This document shows positions 34,846-46,540 of a DNA stretch of 64,000 bases, one piece after another; positions within the stretch are counted from its first letter, which is position 1, and every line of letters starts with the position of its first letter. The stretch spans positions 238,395-302,394 of the forward strand of contig JADJOH010000002.1 in the NCBI GenBank assembly GCA_016713925.1, given 5' to 3'. Made by a program: the position numbers and the translations under genes. The stretch is from Bacteroidota bacterium. GTDB lineage: Bacteria; Bacteroidota; Bacteroidia; AKYH767-A; OLB10. The notes under the pieces are model-generated. The model saw only the letters and a list, made by a program, of their open reading frames with translations, ran no database searches and was not told the DNA's origin.

Positions 34846-36222
34846 CTAAAGAAGGAGAGATTGAATCCATGATGGAAATATTCCGATCACGAGCGACATC
34901 ACTGCAGCAATCAATAACAAAAACACATGCCCCGCATCCAATTTAAAGCCTTCTGATTCTACGGTATCATCTTTCAAAACAGCATAAATCACTCTGAAAT
35001 AATAGAAAACTCCGATAAGAGAAGAAAGTATAGCGACAAGAACGAGCCAGGTGTATCCACCGGTAAGTGCACCATAAAAGAGATAATATTTCGCAAAGAA
35101 ACCGGCTACCGGGGGTATTCCAGCCAAAGAAAACATAGTCATTATCAAGAAGATAGCAACCAAAGGCTGTCTTTTCCCAAGGCCATTAAATGCATCAATT
35201 CCTTCCTCACCGTCCTTCTTGCCCATGGCATGCAAACAGGAGAATGCCCCCAAGCTACCCAAACTATAGGCCGCTGTATATAACAGAATTGAACCGGCGG
35301 AAACTTCACTCATGGTTGCAATGGCCATCAGCATATAGCCGGCATGAGCAATGGAGGAATAAGCAAGCATGCGCTTAAAGCTCTTTTGATAAACGGCAAG
35401 AATATTCCCGGCCAGCATGGTTAATGCAGAGAGAACCGCTACTGCAGGACCCCAAACTTCGAAGAAAGGCATGAAACAGGTACTAAATAGCCTATAAAAA
35501 GCGGCAAATGCTGCAGTTTTTACCACTGTTGCCATAAATGTCGTTACTAAGGTCGGCGCACCTTCGTACACATCGGGTGCCCAGAAATGAAAGGGTACAG
35601 CAGTAATCTTAAAAAGAAAACCAATGAGGATCATCAACACACCCACTTGAATAAACAACGGACTTGCTGATCCTTTTGCCAATGTTTCACCAATTACCTG
35701 CAAATTGAAACTTCCGCAAGCCCCATATATCAGCGCGATTCCAAACAAAAGGAATCCTGTTGCAAAAGCACCCATCAGGAAATACTTCAATCCGGCTTCA
35801 TTGGAAAGCAGGTTTTGTTTATCGGAAGAGGCAAGGACATACAGGCTGATGGATAATATCTCCAGACCGATGAAAAACATTGTCAGGTCGGAGAAACTGA
35901 CCATGGCAATAGCACCGGTAAGCGTAAATAAAATAAGCGCCGCATTTTCAGAGAATTTATTGTCGCCGGTAAAATACTCTCCTCCCATTACCAGCCAAAG
36001 CAATGTGATCAGAATGATTAATCCGGAAAAAGCGATGGCATAATTATCAAAATACACCATATCATTAAAATACCTGATATCCGTCCCCCAGCCCATCACC
36101 AAGGTGGTAAGTGCTGCGGATAATCCAATCACGACAACAGGCAGCAATAATTTTTTAAAGCGAAAAACCTCCGCCATCATAGCCACAACTCCAAGAATTG
36201 ATATAATGATCAGGGCTTTCAT
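34846..36222 (-). CDS. nuoN: NADH-quinone oxidoreductase subunit N
   Basis: A 458-aa polytopic antiporter-like subunit, last gene of the nuo operon. Confidence 0.9.
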   Translation of the reverse strand: MKALIIISILGVVAMMAEVFRFKKLLLPVVVIGLSAALTTLVMGWGTDIRYFNDMVYFDNYAIAFSGLIILITLLWLVMGGEYFTGDNKFSENAALILFTLTGAIAMVSFSDLTMFFIGLEILSISLYVLASSDKQNLLSNEAGLKYFLMGAFATGFLLFGIALIYGACGSFNLQVIGETLAKGSASPLFIQVGVLMILIGFLFKITAVPFHFWAPDVYEGAPTLVTTFMATVVKTAAFAAFYRLFSTCFMPFFEVWGPAVAVLSALTMLAGNILAVYQKSFKRMLAYSSIAHAGYMLMAIATMSEVSAGSILLYTAAYSLGSLGAFSCLHAMGKKDGEEGIDAFNGLGKRQPLVAIFLIMTMFSLAGIPPVAGFFAKYYLFYGALTGGYTWLVLVAILSSLIGVFYYFRVIYAVLKDDTVESEGFKLDAGHVFLLLIAAVMSLVIGIFPSWIQSLLL

Positions 36223-36223
36223 T

Positions 36224-37678
36224 TTAATAGATATTATTAATTTGTAACAGCACTTCTTCCAGAGCAGGCTGCGCTATTGTCAATATAGGTTTCGGATAAA
36301 TGCCGGTAATTATGATCAACGCTGCCACTGAAATCAATACAATTTTTTCACTTGAGGCCAGTCCGGTAAATTCAACACTTCTGGCATGTTGTTCACCGAG
36401 CATTACTTTTTGATAGGCCCTCAACATATAAACTGCACCAAATATTACCGTCAACCCGCATACAAGCGCCATCGTTGCACTATACTGGTAGACCCCGCTC
36501 AACAGCAGAAATTCCCCAACAAATCCATTGGTCATAGGCAATGCCACTGAACCCAGCATTACAATCATAAAAAGAATGGTAAACAATGGTGAATTATTTG
36601 CAAGTCCACCAAGCTCATCCATATTCCTGGTCTTCAGTCTTCGTTGAATAATATCTGCTATAAAGAAGAGGCCCACTGCATTGACACCATGTGCCAGCAT
36701 TTGCACCATACTACCCTGCAATCCCTGAATATTCAAAGAAAACACTCCCGCGCTAATCAATCCGACGTGCGCAATTGAAGAATAGGCTATCAGACGTTTA
36801 AAATCCTTTTGCACTAATGCTAACACCGATGCATATACTATACTGATCGTACAAAGTACGAGGGCGGTTTCACCCCACTGCGCAATACCATCAGGAATGA
36901 CCGGAAGCATCCAACGGATTATACCATAAATACCCATTTTCAACATGATACCTGATAGTAACATTGATCCTTGTGCCGGAGCATCGGTATAGGTATCCGG
37001 CTGCCAGGAGTGCAGAGGGAAAATTGGTATTTTAATGGCAAATGCTAAAAAGAAACACCAGAAGAGCCATCCCTGAGTAGAGGGATCCACCGATGCATTA
37101 TAGAGAGCAGCAATATCAAAAGAATGCGGAGCGGGAGTATTTAAATATAAATATATCAATCCGATCAACATCAGGAGTGAACCGAAGAGGGTATAGATAA
37201 AAAACCGCAATGTTATTTTAACTTTTTCAGCACCACCCCACATCAGACAAATCAACCATATCGGTATCAATGCTAACTCCCAGAACACATAAAATAAAAA
37301 TCCGTCTAAAGCAGTAAACACACCAATCAATGCAAATTGCATGAATAAAATCAATCCATAGAAAGCAGCAGGTTTCGCATGATTATTTCTATAAGAGGAT
37401 AAAATAATAAGTGGAGTCAGCACATTGGTCAGAGCAACCAGCAGAATACTGATACCGTCCATTCCCAGCTTAAAATTAATACCCAAGGCCGGGATCCAAT
37501 CGTAATGAATCAAAAACTGATCAGCCATATCAGAGGAGAACTGCGTAAAGGCAAAGCAGGTAATTCCCAATTGCACAAGAGAAACAATAAGTGCGTACAC
37601 TTTCACTGCATCATTTCGAAATGCCATTGCTCCTATCGAAGCCAGAAGCGGAAGTAAAATCAGGAGTAGGATCAGCAT
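36224..37678 (-). CDS. nuoM: NADH-quinone oxidoreductase subunit M
   Basis: A 484-aa antiporter-like subunit, in operon order. Confidence 0.9.
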   Translation of the reverse strand: MLILLLILLPLLASIGAMAFRNDAVKVYALIVSLVQLGITCFAFTQFSSDMADQFLIHYDWIPALGINFKLGMDGISILLVALTNVLTPLIILSSYRNNHAKPAAFYGLILFMQFALIGVFTALDGFLFYVFWELALIPIWLICLMWGGAEKVKITLRFFIYTLFGSLLMLIGLIYLYLNTPAPHSFDIAALYNASVDPSTQGWLFWCFFLAFAIKIPIFPLHSWQPDTYTDAPAQGSMLLSGIMLKMGIYGIIRWMLPVIPDGIAQWGETALVLCTISIVYASVLALVQKDFKRLIAYSSIAHVGLISAGVFSLNIQGLQGSMVQMLAHGVNAVGLFFIADIIQRRLKTRNMDELGGLANNSPLFTILFMIVMLGSVALPMTNGFVGEFLLLSGVYQYSATMALVCGLTVIFGAVYMLRAYQKVMLGEQHARSVEFTGLASSEKIVLISVAALIIITGIYPKPILTIAQPALEEVLLQINNIY

Positions 37679-37686
37679 ACCGGCAA

Positions 37687-39579
37687 CTATACGATAAGGG
37701 TTAATACAATTAACAGAATTATTCCAACCACCATACTTAATATATATCCACCAATCTGACCTGATTGTGAGAATCGTAACAAACTGCTAAAGCCGGTAAG
37801 AGCCTTTGATATCCCGTTTATGATTGCGGAAATTACTCCAATCTCAATAAACTTATACGAGAATGTGGAAATGCTATCAAGTGGTTTAGTAATCACTGCT
37901 TCATAAATTTCATCGATATAATATTTATTACTCAGAAGTTTGGGAATACCTGCAGGTAATACATTATCTTCTTCGGGTAAAGTTTTTCTATCTACATACA
38001 CCTTTCGTGTTGCTATGAAGATGATTATCAACAGAAGGACAGAAACTCCGATCAGGATATATTCGAAAAGGTGTGAGGCATGTTCCGTTCCATCTCTCCA
38101 GATCACAGGAGCTAGAAATTCACTGAATAAATGAGGAGCATGAAAAATTTCAGGCATACCCATGAATCCACCTACTGCTGACAATATCGCGAGCACAATC
38201 AATGGAAATGTCATGCTTACCGGAGACTCATGCAGGTGAGTTTTTTGATGCGTTGTTCCACGAAAATCACCATAAAATACCAGCCAGTAAAGCCGGAACA
38301 TATACACTGCCGTTAGTACAGAGGTCAACGACAAAAGCATAAACATCGGCATAGAATACCCAAATGATGCGGCCAGAATTTCATCTTTGGAGAAAAATCC
38401 TGCAAAGGGCGGTATTCCTGCAATAGCGAGTGTGCCAATAAGGAAAGTCATATGCGTAACAGGCAACTTCCCTTTCAATCCACCCATCCGGCGAATATCC
38501 TGCTCTCCACTCATTGCATGAATTACAGAGCCGGCACCGAGGAACAACAAAGCTTTAAAGAAGGCATGTGTAACCACATGGAACAAAGCGGTATCATAGG
38601 CGCCAATGCCCAGTGCAACGAACATATATCCCAGTTGACTCACTGTTGAATAAGCCAACACCTTTTTAATATCGTTTTGTTTTAATCCGATGGTTGCAGC
38701 AAAGAATGCAGTTGCCAGTCCAATGATTGCAACAATCTGAGAAGCATATGGCGACAATGCGAACAATACATTTGAGCGCACCACCATATAGATACCGGCA
38801 GTTACCATCGTTGCAGCATGGATCAATGCTGAAACCGGAGTTGGTCCGGCCATCGCATCCGGCAGCCAGGTAAACAAGGGGATCTGGGCGCTCTTACCAA
38901 TAGCACCCACAAACAGAAGCAGACAAATGGCCGTAATAGATGGGTTATTCAGCCCAAATCCTTTAGCCCCTTCAAACACTTCTTTAAAACTCACTGATCC
39001 AAATGTTGTAAATATTAAAAAGACGCCCAGTAAAAATCCAAGATCACCAATACGATTCATTATAAAAGCCTTTTTGGCGGCATTACTATAATCGATATTC
39101 TTAAACCAAAAGCCTATGAGTAGATATGAGCATAATCCAACGCCTTCCCATCCTGCGAACATCACAATATAATTAGATCCCAGTACCAGCAGTAACATAA
39201 AAAACACAAACAAATTCAAATAGGAAAAGAAACGGGAATGATCCGGTTCATGATGCATGTATCCGATTGAATAGATATGAATGAGCGTACCAACACCGGT
39301 AATCACCAACAGCATAATCACCGAGAGCCGATCAATGAGAAACGAAAAATCAATCTTCAGATCACCCACAGTTATCCAGTCAAACAGTACTATTCTTTCA
39401 GGAACAAAAGAAGGATCCTTTACTTCAAAGAAGAAAGCAACAGAAACCACGAATGAAAGAAACACCATTGCACTGGCAATACCACCGCTAATGAGCACAG
39501 GCAGACGCTTATTCAAAATCCCGATCAGGATAAATCCTAACAGCGGGAGAGCGGGAATGAGCCAGGCAAACTGATGCAT
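37687..39579 (-). CDS. nuoL: NADH-quinone oxidoreductase subunit L
   Basis: A 630-aa antiporter-like subunit with a long C-terminal amphipathic helix region. Confidence 0.9.
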   Translation of the reverse strand: MHQFAWLIPALPLLGFILIGILNKRLPVLISGGIASAMVFLSFVVSVAFFFEVKDPSFVPERIVLFDWITVGDLKIDFSFLIDRLSVIMLLVITGVGTLIHIYSIGYMHHEPDHSRFFSYLNLFVFFMLLLVLGSNYIVMFAGWEGVGLCSYLLIGFWFKNIDYSNAAKKAFIMNRIGDLGFLLGVFLIFTTFGSVSFKEVFEGAKGFGLNNPSITAICLLLFVGAIGKSAQIPLFTWLPDAMAGPTPVSALIHAATMVTAGIYMVVRSNVLFALSPYASQIVAIIGLATAFFAATIGLKQNDIKKVLAYSTVSQLGYMFVALGIGAYDTALFHVVTHAFFKALLFLGAGSVIHAMSGEQDIRRMGGLKGKLPVTHMTFLIGTLAIAGIPPFAGFFSKDEILAASFGYSMPMFMLLSLTSVLTAVYMFRLYWLVFYGDFRGTTHQKTHLHESPVSMTFPLIVLAILSAVGGFMGMPEIFHAPHLFSEFLAPVIWRDGTEHASHLFEYILIGVSVLLLIIIFIATRKVYVDRKTLPEEDNVLPAGIPKLLSNKYYIDEIYEAVITKPLDSISTFSYKFIEIGVISAIINGISKALTGFSSLLRFSQSGQIGGYILSMVVGIILLIVLTLIV

Positions 39580-39604
39580 AATTATTTTCTTAATGAGGTA
39601 GTGA

Positions 39605-39934
39605 CTACCACTTCAACTTATTTAACTCGTTTATGTCAACGGATCTGATATTATTATAAATCATCACCAGAATTGCCAATCCTACAGCCACTTCAGCAGC
39701 GGCTACCGCCATTATAAAAAAGACCATCACCTGACCACCGGCTTCTCCATGCATGGTTGAAAAAGCCGTCAACAAGAGGTTAACAGCATTCAACATTAAT
39801 TCAATACACATAAACACAATAATTGCATTGCGGCGAATCAACACACCCAGCACACCGATCGTAAACAAGATCGCTGCGAGACCGAGGTAATGCTCTATGG
39901 GTACGTAATTCAGATTCGTTTCCATGCTACTCAA
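39605..39934 (-). CDS. nuoK: NADH-quinone oxidoreductase subunit K
   Basis: 109 aa with three TM helices and the conserved Glu residues. Confidence 0.88.
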   Translation of the reverse strand: MSSMETNLNYVPIEHYLGLAAILFTIGVLGVLIRRNAIIVFMCIELMLNAVNLLLTAFSTMHGEAGGQVMVFFIMAVAAAEVAVGLAILVMIYNNIRSVDINELNKLKW

Positions 39935-40435
39935 TTATTCTTTCACTTTTTTACCCAACATGACTGCACCCACCATTGCGGCAAGGAGAAGGATGGATGT
40001 TATTTCGAAGGGGAGAACATAATCACCATACAATGACTTTCCCAAATTTGCAACTGTACCGATTTGGTAATCGGTTGAAGGAGCAGGCAAACTATCCCTC
40101 GTATCAATAACTGTTGTCGTCAATACTAACAATAAACATCCTGCGACAATGGTCACCACGCCTTTCAGCAAATTACTCTTCACCGGCTCCGCATCCTGAT
40201 TCATATTGATGAACATCAGGGTAAAGAGAAACAACACCATTATTGCTCCAGCATACACAATGATATGTACTGCGAACAAAAACTGAGCATTGAGCAATAA
40301 ATAATGTCCCCCAATGGTAAAAAAGCAGAAGATCAGGTACAAAACGCTATGAACCGGCTTACGCGACAAGACCACCATCAGTGCACTAAACACTGAAAGT
40401 GTTGCAAGAATCATAAAGGGTAAGGCGGGATTCAA
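39935..40435 (-). CDS. nuoJ: NADH-quinone oxidoreductase subunit J
   Basis: A 166-aa membrane subunit, in operon position. Confidence 0.85.
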   Translation of the reverse strand: MNPALPFMILATLSVFSALMVVLSRKPVHSVLYLIFCFFTIGGHYLLLNAQFLFAVHIIVYAGAIMVLFLFTLMFINMNQDAEPVKSNLLKGVVTIVAGCLLLVLTTTVIDTRDSLPAPSTDYQIGTVANLGKSLYGDYVLPFEITSILLLAAMVGAVMLGKKVKE

Positions 40436-40496
40436 TTTGTTTTGGTGGTTGAATGGGTTGCGAAATTAATACATTCTGAGGCTATACAAAATAAAG

Positions 40497-41036
40497 TCAG
40501 GGTTTACGATGTGCATTCGTACGTTTACTAATATCAATTCTGGTGTCAGGACTGGTTCCTTCGACCAACTTATCTTTGCCGAATATAAATCCTCCACGGT
40601 CATAGTTGGAGGGCACCATCCTGTCTGTCAGGAAGATGGCTTCCTTTGGACAAGCCTCTTCACATAGTCCGCAAAAAATACATCTCAGCATATTTATCTC
40701 ATAAACTTCCGCATATTTTTCTTCTCTGTAAAGATGCTCCTCCCCTTTTTTTCGTTCGGCGGCAGTCATGGTTATTGCTTCTGCCGGGCAAGCCACAGCA
40801 CAAAGTCCACAAGCCGTGCAATTTTCACGACCTTGTTCGTCTCTTTTCAACACATGCCAACCCCGGTAAACCGCTGCGACGGGACGTGTTTCCTCCGGAT
40901 ACTTTATTGTTGCTCTTTTCTTAAAAAGATGTTTGACTGTTATCATTAATCCGCTAAGAATTGCAGGGAGATATAATCTCTCCATGAAAGTCATCTTCTT
41001 ATTAACTACTATTTCTGATCTATTCGTAAGTTGCAT
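40497..41036 (-). CDS. nuoI: NADH-quinone oxidoreductase subunit I (2x[4Fe-4S] ferredoxin)
   Basis: Two CxxCxxCxxxCP motifs: CTACGLCAVACPAEAI and CIFCGLCEEACPKEAI. Confidence 0.9.
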   Translation of the reverse strand: MQLTNRSEIVVNKKMTFMERLYLPAILSGLMITVKHLFKKRATIKYPEETRPVAAVYRGWHVLKRDEQGRENCTACGLCAVACPAEAITMTAAERKKGEEHLYREEKYAEVYEINMLRCIFCGLCEEACPKEAIFLTDRMVPSNYDRGGFIFGKDKLVEGTSPDTRIDISKRTNAHRKP

Positions 41037-41226
41037 AAACTACTTTTTTTTCCATGAACCGGAGTAAACCCTTTCATTAGAAACCGTAAACATTTGATGT
41101 GTGTACTCTACTCCTTTTCTATTCCCTTTATATTTTTCTCTTCTCTACACTTTGCTTCACTTTTTCATTTCACTTTAACTTTTATCCATCTTCACTTCTA
41201 CTTTAAATCTACTCTTAGTATTTCCA

Positions 41227-42258
41227 TCAAAACAACTGCCCGTTTTTCCATAATACAATTCCTGCGGTAAGGAAAATATTAAAGATGGCCAGCGGAATCA
41301 TAATTCTCCAGCCGAGGTGCATTAACTGATCATACCGGAAACGGGGAATGGTCCAGCGTATCCACATGAAAAAGAATATAAAGAAGAATATTTTCCCAAA
41401 GAAGATCAACGTACCCAACAACGTCAACATATTATGTGAAAGACCAAGTTGATCGATAAAAGGGAAATTATAACCCCCGAAATACAATGAAGAAATAATG
41501 GCTGCAGAGATAAACATATTAATATACTCCGCGAAGAGATAAAATCCGAGTTTCATCGAGCTGTATTCGGTATGGTAACCACCTACCAGCTCTGTTTCAC
41601 ATTCCGGCAAATCGAAGGGTGTTCGATTACATTCAGCAAATGCACAAACGATAAAGAGAAGAAATCCCAGTGGCTGTGCGAAGACATTCCAATGAAAACC
41701 CTGCTGTTGTTCTACAATTTCCCGAATGCTTAATGTACCTGTCGTCATCACCAGTGCAATGATGGACATCCCCATGGCTAACTCATAACTGATCATTTGA
41801 GAGGAAGCACGAATGGCCCCCATCAGCGAGTATTTATTATTTGATGCCCAACCGCCAATCATAATTCCATAAACGCCAATACTTACTACACCAAAAATGT
41901 ACAGTATGCCGATATTTACGTCGGTAATTTGAACGGGATATTCAGTGCCATTTATAAAAAGACTATTGCCCCATGGGATCACCACACCTGTCATAGTAGC
42001 GGTCATCATCATGATTGAGGGACCTAATATAAACAGCCCTTTATCGGCATTTGTCGGAATAATTTCCTCCTTCATAAACATCTTTACACCATCAGCGATC
42101 GGTTGCAAGAGTCCGAAGGGACCGGCGCGATCCGGACCAACTCTGTCCTGCAGGAATGCTGCAATTTTCCGTTCAGCATACGTACTATAGGCTGCTACCC
42201 CCAGTGAAACGAGGAATACAATAACAACAAGTACAAACTTAACTATGATAAACTCCAT
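41227..42258 (-). CDS. nuoH: NADH-quinone oxidoreductase subunit H
   Basis: 343-aa polytopic NuoH/ND1 family subunit. Confidence 0.9.
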   Translation of the reverse strand: MEFIIVKFVLVVIVFLVSLGVAAYSTYAERKIAAFLQDRVGPDRAGPFGLLQPIADGVKMFMKEEIIPTNADKGLFILGPSIMMMTATMTGVVIPWGNSLFINGTEYPVQITDVNIGILYIFGVVSIGVYGIMIGGWASNNKYSLMGAIRASSQMISYELAMGMSIIALVMTTGTLSIREIVEQQQGFHWNVFAQPLGFLLFIVCAFAECNRTPFDLPECETELVGGYHTEYSSMKLGFYLFAEYINMFISAAIISSLYFGGYNFPFIDQLGLSHNMLTLLGTLIFFGKIFFFIFFFMWIRWTIPRFRYDQLMHLGWRIMIPLAIFNIFLTAGIVLWKNGQLF

Positions 42259-42296
42259 TTTCTCTGAGCGGTATTATCTGATTCAACTATCTCTAA

Positions 42297-43292
42297 TTAA
42301 TTATGCGCTTTTTCCTGAATTTGTTTCTGGTTGGAAACATCAATTTTCAGATTTTTCTTATCGAGGTATTTATTTTGAGCGATCACAGAATGCCTGTCAA
42401 TAGCACGAGGACCTTCAATCGTCCAGTCCTTCACTTCCTTCTTCTCAAACCGGCATTCGTTACAGATCCAGCCCGGCTTACCTTCAGCCGCATCTTCCAC
42501 TTCACCCCACATATCCTTGCGGGCCGAAACGCGCAACACTTCGTTACCACTCATATAGAGCACTGCTTTTCCACAGCACTTCGAACAATCACGGTGAGCA
42601 TCCATGGGTTTCGTAAACCAGACTCTGCTTTTAAATCTGAAAGTACGATCAGTGAGCGCACCTACGGGACAAACATCAATCATATTCCCGCTAAAATCAT
42701 TGTCGATTGCTTTCTCGATATAGGTACTTATCTCCGCCACATCGCCTCTGTTCATCACCCCATGCACACGCGTATCACAAACCTGCTCCGCCACTTTCAC
42801 ACGACGGTAACAGAGAATACAACGTGTCATGTGCAGTTTAATCTTATCACCGATATCTATTTTTTCAAACTCCCTGCGTTTAAATTCATAGCGGGACTTT
42901 GATAAACCGTTTTCATAGCTCAGATCCTGCAAGTGACATTCACCGGCCTGATCACAAATAGGACAATCGAGCGGGTGATTAATCAGCAGGAACTCCACCA
43001 CACCATTTCTGGCATCGATGAGATCCGGTGCTGTTTTATTCTGCACTTCCATACCGTCCATTACAGTGGTACGACAGGAAGCAACCGGTTTCGGCATTGG
43101 TCGCGGATCCTTTTCGGAACCTTTGGTAACTTTAACAATACAGGTTCTGCAATATCCTCCGCTGGTCTTCAGTTTTGAATAATAGCACATAGCCGGAGGA
43201 GTTACATCCCCGCCGATCATGCGTGCAGCCTGCAGAATTGTAGTACCATCAGGTACTTCTATTGTATGTCCGTCGATTGTGACTTTCGGCAT
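42297..43292 (-). CDS. nuoG: NADH-quinone oxidoreductase subunit G (short Bacteroidota form: 2Fe-2S plus 4Fe-4S N-terminal module only)
   Basis: MPKVTIDGHTIEVPDGTTILQAA...CYYSKL..GGYCRTCIV (2Fe-2S), ...CPICDQAGEC, ...CILCYRRV. The 331-aa length is typical of short NuoG. Confidence 0.85.
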   Translation of the reverse strand: MPKVTIDGHTIEVPDGTTILQAARMIGGDVTPPAMCYYSKLKTSGGYCRTCIVKVTKGSEKDPRPMPKPVASCRTTVMDGMEVQNKTAPDLIDARNGVVEFLLINHPLDCPICDQAGECHLQDLSYENGLSKSRYEFKRREFEKIDIGDKIKLHMTRCILCYRRVKVAEQVCDTRVHGVMNRGDVAEISTYIEKAIDNDFSGNMIDVCPVGALTDRTFRFKSRVWFTKPMDAHRDCSKCCGKAVLYMSGNEVLRVSARKDMWGEVEDAAEGKPGWICNECRFEKKEVKDWTIEGPRAIDRHSVIAQNKYLDKKNLKIDVSNQKQIQEKAHN

Positions 43293-43302
43293 AGCGCTTT
43301 TC

Positions 43303-44649
43303 TTAAACTAGTTCCGGGTTAAGGTTATTCACCCGGTAATAATGATGATCTTTTCGAATGGCAGACGGGTTCCGCACATATTCTTCGAATTCACTGCGGA
43401 AATGACGGATAGCACTGGCAACGGGCCAGGCGGCAGCATCACCGAGAGGGCAGATCGTTTTTCCTTCTATTTTAGATTGTATTTCCCAGAGGAGATCCAC
43501 ATCGGCGAGTGTGCCGTGACCATCCAGAATTTTATGCAATAACTTCTCCATCCAGCCGGTACCTTCACGACAGGGGCTACACTGACCACAACTTTCATGA
43601 TGATAAAAGCGCGTGAAGGTCCAGAGATTTTTAACGATGCTGGTATCTTCATCCATCACGATAAATCCACCGGAACCTAACATGGTACCGGTGGCAAAAC
43701 CTCCATCAGCCAATGATTCGTAAGACATCAGTCGAGGTTCACCATTTGCCGTTTTCAAAATCAATTCTGCCGGAAGAACAGGCACTGAAGAGCCCCCGGC
43801 CACAACGGCCTTCAATTTTTTATCATTACGAATGCCACCGCAGTATTCATCCGAATAAATAAATTCTTCTACGGGTACTCCTAATTCTATTTCATAAACA
43901 CCGGGCTTCTTCAGGTGACCGCAAGCGGAGATCAGTTTAGTACCGGTACTTTTTCCAATTCCAATTTGAGCATAGGCATCGCCACCATCTCTAACGATAG
44001 GCACAACCGCCATAATACTTTCCACATTATTCACCACGGTTGGACAATCCCAAACCCCCTTGATCGCGGGAAAAGGAGGTTTAATACGCGGGTTACCACG
44101 TTTTCCTTCGAGCGATTCAATCAATGCGGTTTCCTCACCACATATATAAGCACCGCCACCACATTGCAAAAAGAGATCAAAATCCCATCCGGTACCCATT
44201 ACATTCTTACCCAGGAAACCTGCAGCATACGCTTCATCGATAGCTTTCTGGAGAATATGATACACATACATCAGTTCACCCCGAATATAAATATAGGATG
44301 TCCGGCAACCGAGTGCAAAACTACCAATGGCCATTCCTTCGATCAGCAGATGCGGAAGATGCTCCATCATATAGCGATCCTTAAAGGTACCCGGCTCACT
44401 TTCGTCGGCATTACAAACGAGATAACGCGCTACACCTTCAGGTTTAGCCAGGAAACTCCATTTCAAACCTGTTGGAAATCCTGCACCACCACGACCACGC
44501 AGACCGGATTTCTTTACTTCCTCCACGATATCCTCCTGCTTCATGCCAAAAGCTTTGCGCAATGTATCGTACCCTCCATGCTGACGGTAAGTTTCCAGAT
44601 TGCGTATACCCGGTACGTTTATATGCTGTGTGAGAAGTTTTCTTCCCAT
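43303..44649 (-). CDS. nuoF: NADH-quinone oxidoreductase subunit F
   Basis: FMN/NADH-binding GRGGAGFPTG plus the 4Fe-4S motif ESCGQCSPCREG. Confidence 0.92.
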   Translation of the reverse strand: MGRKLLTQHINVPGIRNLETYRQHGGYDTLRKAFGMKQEDIVEEVKKSGLRGRGGAGFPTGLKWSFLAKPEGVARYLVCNADESEPGTFKDRYMMEHLPHLLIEGMAIGSFALGCRTSYIYIRGELMYVYHILQKAIDEAYAAGFLGKNVMGTGWDFDLFLQCGGGAYICGEETALIESLEGKRGNPRIKPPFPAIKGVWDCPTVVNNVESIMAVVPIVRDGGDAYAQIGIGKSTGTKLISACGHLKKPGVYEIELGVPVEEFIYSDEYCGGIRNDKKLKAVVAGGSSVPVLPAELILKTANGEPRLMSYESLADGGFATGTMLGSGGFIVMDEDTSIVKNLWTFTRFYHHESCGQCSPCREGTGWMEKLLHKILDGHGTLADVDLLWEIQSKIEGKTICPLGDAAAWPVASAIRHFRSEFEEYVRNPSAIRKDHHYYRVNNLNPELV

Positions 44650-44685
44650 AATATCTATATTTCTCCTATGATTAGTTACTCCCGA

Positions 44686-45225
44686 TTAAATTTTATCTTT
44701 TGACCAGTGAGAGATGGGGTCAACAGTATTAGAGCGATAGTTGTCCAGAATTTCATCTACTTTACTCAATGTAAGATGCTCATGGTATTTTTCACCGATT
44801 TGCATCATTGGTGCTGTACCGCAAGAGGCAAGGCATTCCACTGTCTTCAATGTAAACATTCCATCAGCGGTAGTTTCCCCTTCTCTGATATTCAATTTCT
44901 TTTCAATATACTTCACCACATCCTCCGCACCCATCAACCAGCAAGGGCCTGTACGACATACTTCCACAACACATTTACCAACCGGTTTCAGGTTAAACAT
45001 CGTATAGAACGAAGCTACCTCATACACTTCAACAGGTTGAATACTAAGTATAGAAGCCACATAATCCATCACGGGAGAACTCAGCCATCCACCAAACTCC
45101 GCCTGAGCGAGATGGAGCACAGGTAAGAGCGCAGATTTTTGTTTTCCTGCCGGATAACGTTGCTTCATCCTTTCAATCAGGGCGAGCGCTTCATCGCTAA
45201 ATTTTATTTCTTTATTCACACTCAT
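44686..45225 (-). CDS. nuoE: NADH-quinone oxidoreductase subunit E
   Basis: A thioredoxin-like 2Fe-2S subunit (CRTGPC...CLASCGTAP). Confidence 0.9.
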   Translation of the reverse strand: MSVNKEIKFSDEALALIERMKQRYPAGKQKSALLPVLHLAQAEFGGWLSSPVMDYVASILSIQPVEVYEVASFYTMFNLKPVGKCVVEVCRTGPCWLMGAEDVVKYIEKKLNIREGETTADGMFTLKTVECLASCGTAPMMQIGEKYHEHLTLSKVDEILDNYRSNTVDPISHWSKDKI

Positions 45226-45262
45226 CAGGTTCTCTTTCGGTCAGTTTAATAATTAAAGTACA

Positions 45263-46492
45263 TCAGGCATCCAGTTCTCCTGCAATAACATTCATCGAAC
45301 TCATCGTCAATATCGCATCACTCAACATCGAGCCTTTCACCATTTCGGGATAGGCTTGATAATAAATATAACAAGGTCGACGGAAGTGTAATCTATAAGG
45401 AGTACGTCCGCCATCACTGATCAGGAAAAATCCCAATTCCCCATTTCCACCTTCCACGCAATGATACACTTCCCCTTTCGGAATTGATGTCTCGCCCATT
45501 ACAATTTTAAAATGCCAGATCAATGCTTCCATACTGGAATACACTTCTTCCTTTGGAGGGAGATAAAATTCAGGAACATTGGCATGAATAGAAGTTTTAT
45601 CTGACAACTTATCCAATTTATCAATCGCCTGCTTAATAATGCCAAGACTCTCCCACATTTCCTTCTGACGCACCATGAAGCGGTCATAGGTATCGCCGTT
45701 TGTTCCGAGTGGAATTACAAAATCGAATTCTTCATAGGAAGAATACGGATTCATCACCCGTACATCATAATCGACACCGGCTGCACGGAGATTAGGTCCG
45801 GTAAAGCCATACTGCAACGCACGATCAGCGGCGATAGGACCACAGGCAATAGTACGATCCATAAAAATCCGATTACGGACGAGAAGGTTTTCAAACTCTC
45901 TTAGTCCATCTGGGAAGTCCTTTAAAAAACGATGAATTTTTTCCCAGGCCAGCGGCGAAAAATCTCTTTCTAGTCCGCCAATGCGACCAATATTGGTAGT
46001 CAGACGGGCTCCGCAGAGTTCCTCATAAATCTCATATATAAACTCTCTCCACTGGAAAACATAGAGGAAGCCCGTCATGGCACCACTATCCACACCAATG
46101 ACGGAATTACATATAATATGATCAGCGATACGTGCAAGCTCCATGATAATAACACGGAGATACTGCACCCGCTTAGGAATTTCAATACCGGCCAGTTTTT
46201 CGACTGTCATATGCCACCCCATATTATTTATAGGAGAGGAGCAATAATTCAGGCGATCGGTTATGGGTGTAACCTGATAGAAAGGACGGCGTTCGGCCAA
46301 TTTCTCAAAAGCACGATGGATATATCCGATAGTTGGTTCAGCGGAGACAATCATTTCACCATCCATTTTCATCACATTTTGAAAGATGCCATGAGTAGCG
46401 GGATGAGTTGGACCGAGATTAAGGATACTATATTCCTTCGGTTGCACGCTCGCAATGAAGTTCTTTTTGGGGAGAAGCTGATCAGCGGCCAT
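45263..46492 (-). CDS. nuoD: NADH-quinone oxidoreductase subunit D
   Basis: 409-aa NuoD/49-kDa family subunit. Confidence 0.92.
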   Translation of the reverse strand: MAADQLLPKKNFIASVQPKEYSILNLGPTHPATHGIFQNVMKMDGEMIVSAEPTIGYIHRAFEKLAERRPFYQVTPITDRLNYCSSPINNMGWHMTVEKLAGIEIPKRVQYLRVIIMELARIADHIICNSVIGVDSGAMTGFLYVFQWREFIYEIYEELCGARLTTNIGRIGGLERDFSPLAWEKIHRFLKDFPDGLREFENLLVRNRIFMDRTIACGPIAADRALQYGFTGPNLRAAGVDYDVRVMNPYSSYEEFDFVIPLGTNGDTYDRFMVRQKEMWESLGIIKQAIDKLDKLSDKTSIHANVPEFYLPPKEEVYSSMEALIWHFKIVMGETSIPKGEVYHCVEGGNGELGFFLISDGGRTPYRLHFRRPCYIYYQAYPEMVKGSMLSDAILTMSSMNVIAGELDA

Positions 46493-46540
46493 ATCAGATA
46501 TCGTAAGTTCTAAACATGTTTCGTAGTGTCATTACCGTTA

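Noticed and set aside
42297-43292. NuoG appears truncated (331 aa versus ~900 aa in E. coli)
   Set aside because: A short NuoG carrying only the N-terminal Fe-S module is the normal form in Bacteroidota. The reading frame is intact and the flanking genes abut normally.
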